Of a stretch of 64,000 nucleotides of DNA, positions 1 to 12,500 are shown in pieces (the stretch's first letter is position 1; every line of letters begins with the position of its first letter). The position numbers and the translations under genes are program-made. Origin of the DNA: Eledone cirrhosa. Lineage: Eukaryota. Location: assembly GCA_964016885.1 (NCBI GenBank), contig OZ024740.1, positions 19,778,001-19,842,000 on the forward strand. The letters run 5' to 3'. The notes under the pieces are model-generated. The model made no database searches. It had not been told where the DNA came from and saw only the letters and a list, made by a program, of their open reading frames with translations.

Positions 1-1080
1 ACTTATGCAGTGTCCTCTCGACAGCTAACAACTGATGCAATGTCCTCTATACAGCTAACAACTTATGCAGTGTCCTCTCGCCATCTAACAAATGATGCAG
101 TGTCTCGACATCTAACAACTGATGCAGTGTCCCGACAGCTAACAACTGATGCAGTGTCCTCTCGACAGCTAACAACTGATGCAGTGTCCTGACAGCTGAC
201 AACTGACGCAGTGTCCCGACAGCTAACAACTGATGCAGTGTCTCGCCATCTAACAACTGATGCAGTGTCCCAACAGCTAACAACTGATGCAGTGTCCCAA
301 CAGCTAACAACTGATGCAGTGTCCTCTCGACAGCTAACAACTGATGCAGTGTCCCGACAGCTAACAACTGATGCAGTGTCCTCTTGACAGCTAACAACTG
401 ATGCAGTGTCCTCTCGACAGCTAACAACTGATGCAGTGTCCCGACAGCTAACAACTGATGCAGTGTCTCGAAATCTAACAACTGATGCAGTGTCCCGACA
501 GCTAACAACTGATGCAGTGTCCTCTCGACAGCTAACAACTGATGCAGTGTCCTGACAGCTGACAACTGACGCAGTGTCCCGACAGCTAACAACTGATGCA
601 GTGTCTCGCGATCTAACAACTGATGCAGTGTCCCGACAGCTAACAACTGATGCAGTGTCTCGACATCTAACAACTGATGCAGTGTCCCGACAGCTAACAA
701 CTGATGCAGTGTCCCGACAGCTAACAACTGATGCAGTGTCCTCTTGACAGCTAACAACTGATGCAGTGTCATCTCGACAGCTAACAACTGATGCAGTGTC
801 CCGACAGCTAACAACTGATGCAGTGTCCCGACAGCTAACAAATGATGCAGTGCTCAGACAGCTAACAACTTATGCAGTGCTCAGACAGCTAACAACAGAT
901 GCAGTGTCCTCTCGACAACTAACATCTGATGCAGTGTCCTCTCGACAGCTAACAACTGATGCAGTGTCCTCTCGACAACTAACATCTGATGCAGTGTCTC
1001 GACAGCTAACAACTGATACAGTGTCTCGACAGCTAACAACTGATGCATTGTCCACGCAGGTAACAGCTGATGCAGTGTCC

Positions 1081-1350
1081 TCTCGACAGCTAACAACTTA
1101 TGCAGTGTCCTCTCGACAGCTAACAACTGATGTAGTGTCCTCTCGACAGCTAACAACTGATGAAGTGTCCTCTCGACAGCTAACAACTGATGCAATGTCC
1201 TCTATACAGCTAACAACTTATGCAGTGTCCTCTCGACAGCTAACAACTGATGTAGTGTCCTCTCGACAGCTAACAACTGATGAAGTGTCCTCTCGACAGC
1301 TAACAACTGATGCAATGTCCTCTATACAGCTAACAACTTATGCAGTGTCC
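1081..1350 (+). repeat. Local 120-bp (4 x 30-bp monomers) higher-order duplication
   Basis: The variant series ACT-TAT, GAT-GTA, GAT-GAA, GCA-ATG/TCT-ATA occurs at 1081-1200 and again at 1201-1320, continuing to ~1350. Confidence 0.9.
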
Positions 1351-4300
1351 TCTCGCCATCTAACAACTGATGCAGTGTCCCGACAGCTAACAACTGATGC
1401 AGTGTCTCGACATCTAACAACAGATGCAGTGTCCCGACAGCTAACAACTGATGCAGTGTCCCGACAGCTAACAACTGATGCAGTGTCCTCTTGACAGCTA
1501 ACAACTGATACAGTGTCCTCTCGACAGGTAACAACTCATGCAGTGTCCCGACAGCTAACAACTGATGCAGTGCTCAGACAGCTAACAACTTATGCAGTGC
1601 TCAGACAGCTAACAACTGATGCAGTGTCTCGACAGCTAACAACTGATGCAGTGTCCTCTCGACAGCTAACAACTGATTCAGTGTCCTCTCGACAGCTAAC
1701 AACTGATGCAGTGTCTCGACAGCTAACAACTGAATCAGTGTCCTCTCGACAGCTAACAACTGATGCAGTGTCCTCTCGACAGCTAACAACTGATGCAGTG
1801 TCCTCTCGACAGCTAACAACTGATGCAGTGTCCTCTCGACAGCTAACATCTGATGCAGTGTCTCGACAGCTAACAACTGATGCAGTGTCTCGACAGCTAA
1901 CAACTGATGCAGTGTCCTTCCGACAGCTAACAACTGATGCAGTGTCCTCTTGACAGCTAACAACTGATGCAGTGATTCGACAGCTAACAACTGATGCAGT
2001 GTCCTCTCGACAGCTAACAACTGATGCAGTGATTCGACATCTAACAACTGATACAGTGTCCTCTCGACAGCTAACAACTGTTGCAGTGTCCCGACAGCTA
2101 ACAACTGGTGCAGTGTCCTCTCGACAGCTAACAACTGATGCAGTGTCCTCTCGACAGCTAACAACTGATGCAGTGTACCGACAGCTAACAACTGATGCAG
2201 TGTCCTCTCGACAGCTAACAACTGATGCAGTGTCCTCTCGACAGCTAACAACTGATGCAGTGTCCCGACAGCTAACAACTGATGCAGTGTCCTCTCGACA
2301 TCTAACAACTGATGCAGTGTCCTCTCGACAGCTAACAACTGATGCAGTGTCCCGACAGCTAACAACTGATGCAGTGTCCTCTCGACAGCTAACAACTGAT
2401 GCAGTGTCCCGACAGCTAACAACTGATGCAGTGTCCTCTCGAAAGCTAACAACTGATGCAGTATCCCGACAGCTAACAACTGATGCACTTTTTTCCGACA
2501 GCTAACAACTGATGCAGTGTCTCGACAGCTAACAACTGATGCAGTGTCCCGACAGCTAACAACTGATGCAGTGTCTCGACAGCTAACAACTGATGCAGTG
2601 TCTCGACAGCTAACAACTGATGCAGTGTCCTTCCGACAGCTAACAACTGATGCAGTGTCCTCTCGACAGCTAACAACTGATGCTGTGTCCCAACAGCTAA
2701 CAACTGATGCAGTGTCCTCTCGACAGCTAACAACTGATGCAGTGATTCGACATCTAACAACTGATGCAGTGTCCTCTCGACAGCTAACAACTGATGCAGT
2801 GTCCCGACAGCTAACAACTGATGCAGTGTCCTCTCGACAGCTAACAACTGATGCAGTGTCCTCTCGACAGCTAACAACTGATGCAGTGTCCTGACAGCTG
2901 ACAACTGACGCAGTGTCCCGACAGCTAACAACTGATGCAGTGTCTCGCCATCTAACAACTGATGCAGTGTCCCAACAGCTAACAACTGATGCAGTGTCCC
3001 AACAGCTAACAACTGATGCAGTGTCCTCTCGACAGCTAACAACTGATGCAGTGTCCCGACAGCTAACAACTGATGCAGTGTCCTCTTGACAGCTAACAAC
3101 TGATGCAGTGTCCTCCCGACAGCTAACAACTGATGCAGTGTCTCGAAATCTAACAACTGATGCAGTGTCCCGACAGCTAACAACTGATGCAGTGTCCTCT
3201 CGACAGCTAACAACTGATGCAGTGTCCTGACAGCTGACAACTGACGCAGTGTCCCGACAGCTAACAACTGATGCAGTGTCTCGCCATCTAACAACTGATG
3301 CAGTGTCCCGACAGCTAACAACTGATGCAGTGTCTCGACATCTAACAACTGATGCAGTGTCCCAACAGCTAACAACTGATGCAGTGTCCTCTCGACAGCT
3401 GACAACTGATGCAGTATCCCGACAGCTAACAACTGATGCAGTGTCCTCTCGACAGCTAACAACTGATGCAGTATCCCGACAGCTAACAACTGATCCAGTG
3501 TCCTCTCGACAGCTAACAACTGATGCAGTGTCCTCTCGACAGCTAACAACTGATGCAGTGTCCCGACAGCTAACAACTGATGCAGTGTCTCGACATCTAA
3601 CAACTGATGCAGTGTCCCAACAGCTAACAACTGATGCAGTGTCCTTTCGACAGCTAACAACTGATGCAGTGTCCCGACAGCTAACAACTGATGCAGTGCT
3701 CAGACAGCTAACAACTTATGCAGTGCTCAGACAGCTAACAACAGATGCAGTGTCTCGACAGCTAACAACTGATGCAGTGGCTCGACAGCTAACAACTGAT
3801 GCAGTGTCCCGACAGCTAACAACTGATGCAGTGTCCTCTCGACAGCTAACAACTGATGCAGTGTCCTCTCGACAACTAACATCTGATGCAGTGTCTCGAC
3901 AGCTAACAACTGATGCAGTGTCTCGACAGCTAACAACTGATGCATTGTCCACGCAGGTAACAGCTGATGCAGTGTCCTCTCGACAGCTAACAACTTATGC
4001 AGTGTCCTCTCGACAGCTAACAACTGATGTAGTGTCCTCTCGACAGCTAACAACTGATTCAGTGTCCTCTCGACAGCTAACAACTGATGCAGTGTCTCGA
4101 CAGCTAACAACTGAATCAGTGTCCTCTCGACAGCTAACAACTGATGCAGTGTCCTCTCGACAGCTAACAACTGATGCAGTGTCCTCTCGACAGCTAACAA
4201 CTGATGCAGTGTCCTCTCGACAGCTAACATCTGATGCAGTGTCTCGACAGCTAACAACTGATGCCGTGTCTCGACAGCTAACAACTGATGCAGTGTCCTT

Positions 4301-6559
4301 CCGACAGCTAACAACTGATGCAGTGTCCTCTTGACAGCTAACAACTGATGCAGTGATTCGACAGCTAACAACTGATGCAGTGTCCTCTCGACAGCTAACA
4401 ACTGATGCAGTGATTCGACATCTAACAACTGATACAGTGTCCTCTCGACAGCTAACAACTGTTGCAGTGTCCCGACAGCTAACAACTGGTGCAGTGTCCT
4501 CTCGACAGCTAACAACTGATGCAGTGTCCTCTCGACAGCTAACAACTGATGCAGTGTACCGACAGCTAACAACTGATGCAGTGTCCTCTCGACAGCTAAC
4601 AACTGATGCAGTGTCCTCTCGACAGCTAACAACTGATGCAGTGTCCCGACAGCTAACAACTGATGCAGTGTCCTCTCGACATCTAACAACTGATGCAGTG
4701 TCCTCTCGACAGCTAACAACTGATGCAGTGTCCCGACAGCTAACAACTGATGCAGTGTCCCGACAGCTAACAACTGATGCAGTGTCCTCTCGAAAGCTAA
4801 CAACTGATGCAGTATCCCGACAGCTAACAACTGATGCAGTGTCCCGACAGCTAACAACTGATGCAGTGTCTCGACAGCTAACAACTGATGCAGTGTCCCG
4901 ACAGCTAACAACTGATGCAGTGTCTCGACAGCTAACAACTGATGCAGTGTCTCGACAGCTAACAACTGATGCAGTGTCCTTCCGACAGCTAACAACTGAT
5001 GCAGTGTCCTCTCGACAGCTAACAACTGATGCTGTGTCCCAACAGCTAACAACTGATGCAGTGTCCTCTCGACAGCTAACAACTGATGCAGTGATTCGAC
5101 ATCTAACAACTGATGCAGTGTCCTCTCGACAGCTAACAACTGATGCAGTGTCCCGACAGCTAACAACTGATGCAGTGTCCTCTCGACAGCTAACAACTGA
5201 TGCAGTGTCCTCTCGACAGCTAACAACTGATGCAGTGTCCCGACAGCTAACAACTGATGCAGTGTCTCAACATCTAACAACTGATGCAGTGTCCCGACAG
5301 CTAACAACTGATACAGTGTCCCGACAGCTAACAACTGATGCATTGTCCTCTCGACAGCTAACAACTGATGCAGTGTCCTCTCGACAGCTAACAATTGATG
5401 CAGTGTCTCGACAGCTAGCAACTGATGCAGTGTCTCGACAGCTAACAATAGATGCAGTGTCCTTCCGACAGCTAACAACTGATGCAGTGTCCTCTCGACA
5501 GCTAACAACCGATGCAGTGTCCTCTCGACAGCTAACAACTGATGCAGTGTCCCGACAGCTAACAACTGATGCAGTGTCTCGACAGCTAAGAAATGATGCA
5601 GTGATTCGATAGCTAACAACTGATGGAGTGTCTCGACAGCTAACAACTGATGCAGTGTCCCGACAGCTAACAACTGATGCAGTGTCCTTCCGACAGCTAA
5701 CAACTGATGCAGTGTCCTCTCGACAGGTAACAACTGATGCAGTGATTCGACATCTAACAACTGATTCAGTGTCCTCTCGACAGCTAACAACTGATGCAGT
5801 GATTCGACAGTTAACAACTGATGCAGTGTCCTCAGGACAGCTAACAACTAAAGCAGTGATTCGACATCTAACAACTGATACAGTGTCCTCTCGACAGCTA
5901 ACAACTGATGCAGTGCTCAGACAGCTAACAACTGATGCAGTGTCCTCGCGACAGCTAACAACTGATGCAGTGTCCCGACAGCTAAAAACTGATGCAGTGT
6001 CTCGACAGCTAACAACTGATGCAGTGTGCTCTCGACAGCTAACAAAATATGCAGTTTCCTCTCGACAGCTAACACCTGATGCAGTGTCCTTTCGACAGCT
6101 AACAACTGATGCAGTGTCCTCTCGACAGCTAACAAAATATGCAGTTTCTTCTCGACAGCTAACAACTGATGCAGTGTCCTCCCGACAGATAACAACTGAT
6201 GAAGTGTCCTCTCGACAGCTAACAACTGATGCAGTGTTCCGACAGCTAACAACTGATGCAGTGTCCCCTCGACAGCTAACAACAGATGCAGTGTCCCAAC
6301 AGCTAATAACTGATGCAGTGTCCCGACAGCTAACAACTGATGCAGTGTCTCGACAGCTAACAACTGTTGCAGTGTCCCGAAAGCTAACAACTGACGCAGT
6401 GTCTCGACAGCTAACAACTGATGCAGTGTCCCGAAAGCTAACAACTGATGCAGTGTCTCGACAACTAACAACTGATGCAGTGTCCCGAAAGCTAACAACT
6501 GATGCAGTGTCTCGACAGCTAACAACTGCTGCAGTGTCCCGACTGCTAACAACTGATGC

Positions 6560-9500
6560 AGTGCTCAGACAGCTAACAACTTATGCAGTGCTCAGACAGC
6601 TAACAACTGATGCAGTGTCTCGACAGCTAACAACTGATGCAGTGTCCTCTCGACAGCTAACAACTGATGCAGTGTCCTCTCGACAGCTAACAACTGATGC
6701 AGTGTCTCGACAGCTAACAACTGAATCAGTGTCCTCTCGACAGCTAACAACTGATGCAGTGTCCTCTCGACAGCTAACAACTGATGCAGTGTCCTCTCGA
6801 CAGCTAACAACTGATGCAGTGTCCTCTCGACAGCTAACATCTGATGCAGTGTCTCGACAGCTAACAACTGATGCAGTGTCTCGACAGCTAACAACTGATG
6901 CAGTGTCATTCCGACAGTTAACAACTGATGCAGTGTCCTCTTGACAGCTAACAACTGATGCAGTGATTCGACAGCTAACAACTGATGCAGTGTCCTCTCG
7001 ACAGCTAACAACTGATGCAGTGATTCGACATCTAACAACTGATACAGTGTCCTCTCGACAGCTAACAACTGTTGCAGTGTCCCGACAGCTAACAACTGGT
7101 GCAGTGTCCTCTCGACAGCTAACAACTGATGCAGTGTCCTCTCGACAGCTAACAACTGATGCAGTGTACCGACAGCTAACAACTGATGCAGTGTCCTCCC
7201 GACAGCTAACAACTGATGCAGTGTCCTCTCGACAGCTAACAACTGATGCAGTGTCCCGACAGCTAACAACTGATGCAGTGTCCTCTCGACATCTAACAAC
7301 TGATGCAGTGTCCTCTCGACAGCTAACAACTGATGCAGTGTCCCGACAGCTAACAACTGATGCAGTGTCTTCTCGACAGCTAACAACTGATGCAGTGTCC
7401 CGACAGCTAACAACTGATGCAGTGTCCTCTCGAAAGCTAACAACTGATGCAGTATCCCGACAGCTAACAACTGATGCAGTGTCCCGACAGCTAACAACTG
7501 ATGCAGTGTCTCGAGAGCTAACAACTGATGCAGTGTCCCGTCAGCTAACAACTGATGCAGTGTCTCGACAGCTAACAACTGATGCAGTGTCTCGACAGCT
7601 AACAACTGTAGCAGTGATTCGACATCTAACAACTGATGCAGTGTCCTCTCGACAGCTAACAACTGATGCAGTGTCCCGACAGCTAACAACTGATGCAGTG
7701 TCCTCTCGACAGCTAACAACTGATGCAGTGTCCTCTCGACAGCTAACAACTGATGCAGTGTCCCGACAGCTAACAACTGATGCAGTGTCTCGACATCTAA
7801 CAACTGATGCAGTGTCCCGACAGCTAACAACTGATACAGTGTCCCGACAGCTAACAACTGATGCAGTGTCCTCTCGACAGCTAACAACTGATGCAGTGTA
7901 CTGTCGACAGCTAACAATTGATGCAGTGTCTCGACAGCTAGCAACTGATGCAGTGTCTCGACAGCTAACAATAGATGCAGTGTCCTTCCGACAGCTAACA
8001 ACTGATGCAGTGTCCTCTTGACAGCTAACAACCGATGCAGTGTCCTCTCGACAGCTAACAACTGATGCAGTGTCCCGACAGCTAACAACTGATGCAGTGT
8101 CTCGACAGCTAAGAAATGATGCAGTGATTCGACAGCTAACAACTGATGGAGTGTCTCGACAGCTAACAACTGATGCAGTGTCTCGACAGCTAACAACTGA
8201 TGCAGTGTCCTCCCGACAGCTAACAACTGATGCAGTGTCCTCTCGACAGGTAACAACTGATGCAGTGATTCGACATCTAACAACTGATTCAGTGTCCTCT
8301 CGACAGCTAACAACTGATGCAGTGATTCGACAGTTAACAACTGATGCAGTGTCCTCAGGACAGCTAACAACTAAAGCAGTGATTCGACATCTAACAACTG
8401 TTACAGTGTCCTCTCGACAGCTAACAACTGATGCAGTGCTCAGACAGCTAACAACTGATGCAGTGTCCCGACAGCTAACAACTGATGCAGTGTCCCGACA
8501 GCTAACAACTGATGCAGTGTCCCGACAGCTAACAACTGATACAGTGACCCGACAGCTAACAACTGATGCAGTGTCCTCTCGACAGCTAACAACTGATGCA
8601 GTGTCCTCTCGACAGCTAACAACTGATGCAGTGTCCCGACAGCTAACAACTGATGCAGTGTCTCGACATCTAACAACTGATGCAGTGTCCCAACAGCTAA
8701 CAACTGATGCAGTGTCCTCTCGACAGCTGACAACTGATGCAGTATCCCGACAGCTAACAACTGATGCAGTGTCCTCTCGACAGCTAACAACTGATGCAGT
8801 ATCCCGACAGCTAACAACTGATCCAGTGTCCTCTCGACAGCTAACAACTGATGCAGTGTCCTCTCGACAGCTAACAACTGATGCAGTGTCCCGACAGCTA
8901 ACAACTGATGCAGTGTCCTCTCGACAGCTAACAACTGATGCAGTGTCCCGACAGCTAACAACTGTTGCAGTGTCCTCTCGACAGCTAACAACTGATGCAG
9001 TGTCCTCTCGACAGCTAACATCTGATGCAGTGTCTCGACAGCTAACAACTGATGCAGTGTCTCGACAGCTAACAACTGATGCAGTGTCCTTCCGACAGCT
9101 AACAACTGATGCAGTGTCCTCTTGACAGCTAACAACTGATGCAGTGATTCGACAGCTAACAACTGATGCAGTGTCCTCTCGACAGCTAACAACTGATGCA
9201 GTGATTCGACATCTAACAACTGATACAGTGTCCTCTCGACAGCTAACAACTGTTGCAGTGTCCCGACAGCTAACAACTGGTGCAGTGTCCTCTCGACAGC
9301 TAACAACTGATGCAGTGTCCTCTCGACAGCTAACAACTGATGCAGTGTACCGACAGCTAACAACTGATGCAGTGTCCTCTCGACAGCTAACAACTGATGC
9401 AGTGTCCTCTCGACAGCTAACATCTGATGCAGTGTCTCGACAGCTAACAACTGATGCAGTGTCCTCTCGACAGCTAACATCTGATGCAGTGTCTCGACAG

Positions 9501-12500
9501 CTAACAACTGATGCAGTGTCCTCTCGACAGCTAACAACTGATGCAGTGTACCGACAGCTAACAACTGATGCAGTGTCCTCTCGACAGCTAACAACTGATG
9601 CAGTGTCCTCTCGACAGCTAACATCTGATGCAGTGTCTCGACAGCTAACAACTGATGCAGTGTCTCGACAGCTAACAACTGATGCAGTGTCCTTCCGACA
9701 GCTAACAACTGATGCAGTGTCCTCTTGACAGCTAACAACTGATGCAGTGATTCGACAGCTAACAACTGATGCAGTGTCCTCTCGACAGCTAACAACTGAT
9801 GCAGTGATTCGACATCTAACAACTGATACAGTGTCCTCTCGACAGCTAACAACTGTTGCAGTGTCCCGACAGCTAACAACTGGTGCAGTGTCCTCTCGAC
9901 AGCTAACAACTGATGCAGTGTCCTCTCGACAGCTAACAACTGATGCAGTGTACCGACAGCTAACAACTGATGCAGTGTCCTCTCGACAGCTAACAACTGA
10001 TGCAGTGTCCTCTCGACAGCTAACAACTGATGCAGTGTCCCGACAGCTAACAACTGATGCAGTGTCCTCTCGACATCTAACAACTGATGCAGTGTCCTCT
10101 CGACAGCTAACAACTGATGCAGTGTCCCGACAGCTAACAACTGATGCAGTGTCCTCTCGACAGCTAACAACTGATGCAGTGTCCCGACAGCTAACAACTG
10201 ATGCAGTGTCCTCTCGAAAGCTAGCAACTGATGCAGTATCCCGACAGCTAACAACTGATGCAGTGTCCCGACAGCTAACAACTGATGCAGTGTCTCGACA
10301 GCTAACAACTGATGCAGTGTCCCGACAGCTAACAACTGATGCAGTGTCTCGACAGCTAACAACTGATGCAGTGTCTCGACAGCTAACAACTGATGCAGTG
10401 TCCTTCCGACAGCTAACAACTGATGCAGTGTCCTCTCGACAGCTAACAACTGATGCTGTGTCCCAACAGCTAACAACTGATGCAGTGTCCTCTCGACAGC
10501 TAACAACTGATGCAGTGATTCGACATCTAACAACTGATGCAGTGTCCTCTCGACAGCTAACAACTGATGCAGTGTCCCGACAGCTAACAACTGATGCAGT
10601 GTCCTCTCGACAGCTAACAACTGATGCAGTGTCCTCTCGACAGCTAACAACAGATGCAGTGTCCCGACAGCTAACAACTGATGCAGTGTCTCAACATCTA
10701 ACAACTGATGCAGTGTCCCGACAGCTAACAACTGATACAGTGTCCCGACAGCTAACAACTGATGCATTGTCCTCTCGACAGCTAACAACTGATGCAGTGT
10801 CCTCTCGACAGCTAACAATTGATGCAGTGTCTCGACAGCTAGCAACTGATGCAGTGTCTCGACAGCTAACAATAGATGCAGTGTCCTTCCGACAGCTAAC
10901 AACTGATGCAGTGTCCTCTCGACAGCTAACAACCGATGCAGTGTCCTCTCGACAGCTAACAACTGATGCAGTGTCCCGACAGCTAACAACTGATGCAGTG
11001 TCTCGACAGCTAAGAAATGATGCAGTGATTCGATAGCTAACAACTGATGGAGTGTCTCGACAGCTAACAACTGATGCAGTGTCCCGACAGCTAACAACTG
11101 ATGCAGTGTCCTTCCGACAGCTAACAACTGATGCAGTGTCCTCTCGACAGGTAACAACTGATGCAGTGATTCGACATCTAACAACTGATTCAGTGTCCTC
11201 TCGACAGCTAACAACTGATGCAGTGATTCGACAGTTAACAACTGATGCAGTGTCCTCAGGACAGCTAACAACTAAAGCAGTGATTCGACATCTAACAACT
11301 GATACAGTGTCCTCTCGACAGCTAACAACTGATGCAATGCTCAGACAGCTAACAACTGATGCAGTGTCCCGACAGCTAAAAACTGATGCAGTGTCTCGAC
11401 AGCTAACAACTGATGCAGTGTGCTCTCGACAGCTAACAAAATATGCAGTTTCCTCTCGACAGCTAACACCTGATGCAGTGTCCTTTCGACAGCTAACAAC
11501 TGATGCAGTGTCCTCTCGACAGCTAACAAAATATGCAGTTTCTTCTCGACAGCTAACAACTGATGCAGTGTCCTCCCGACAGATAACAACTGATGAAGTG
11601 TCCTCTCGACAGCTAACAACTGATGCAGTGTTCCGACAGCTAACAACTGATGCAGTGTCCCCTCGACAGCTAACAACAGATGCAGTGTCCCAACAGCTAA
11701 TAACTGATGCAGTGTCCCGACAGCTAACAACTGATGCAGTGTCTCGACAGCTAACAACTGTTGCAGTGTCCCGAAAGCTAACAACTGACGCAGTGTCTCG
11801 ACAGCTAACAACTGATGCAGTGTCCCGAAAGCTAACAACTGATGCAGTGTCTCGACAACTAACAACTGATGCAGTGTCCCGAAAGCTAACAACTGATGCA
11901 GTGTCTCGACAGCTAACAACTGCTGCAGTGTCCCGACAGCTAACAACTGATGCAGTGTCCCGACAGCTAACAACTGATGCAGTGTCCTCTTGACAGCTAA
12001 CAACTGATGCAGTGTCCTCTCGACAGCTAACAACTGATGCAGTGTCCCGACAGCTAACAACTGACGCAGTGTCCCGACAGCTAACAACTGATGCAGTGCT
12101 CAGACAGCTAACAACTTATGCAGTGCTCAGACAGCTAACAACTGATGCAATGTCTCGACAGCTAACAACTGATGCAGTGTCCTCTCGACAGCTAACAACT
12201 GATGCAGTGTCCTCTCGACAGCTAACAACTGATGCAGTGTCTCGACAGCTAACAACTGAATCAGTGTCCTCTCGACAGCTAACAACTGATGCAGTGATTC
12301 GACATCTAACAACTGATACAGTGTCCTCTCGACAGCTAACAACTGTTGCAGTGTCCCGACAGCTAACAACTGGTGCAGTGTCCTCTCGACAGCTAACAAC
12401 TGATGCAGTGTCCTCTCGACAGCTAACAACTGATGCAGTGTCCTCTCGACAGCTAACAACTGATGCAGTGTCCTCTCGACAGCTAACATCTGATGCAGTG

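Noticed and set aside
135-159. Structured ncRNA or terminator hairpin from GACA...TGTC and ACTG-ATG-CAGT
   Set aside because: Stems are only 3-4 bp, with no compensatory changes among variants and no U-tract.
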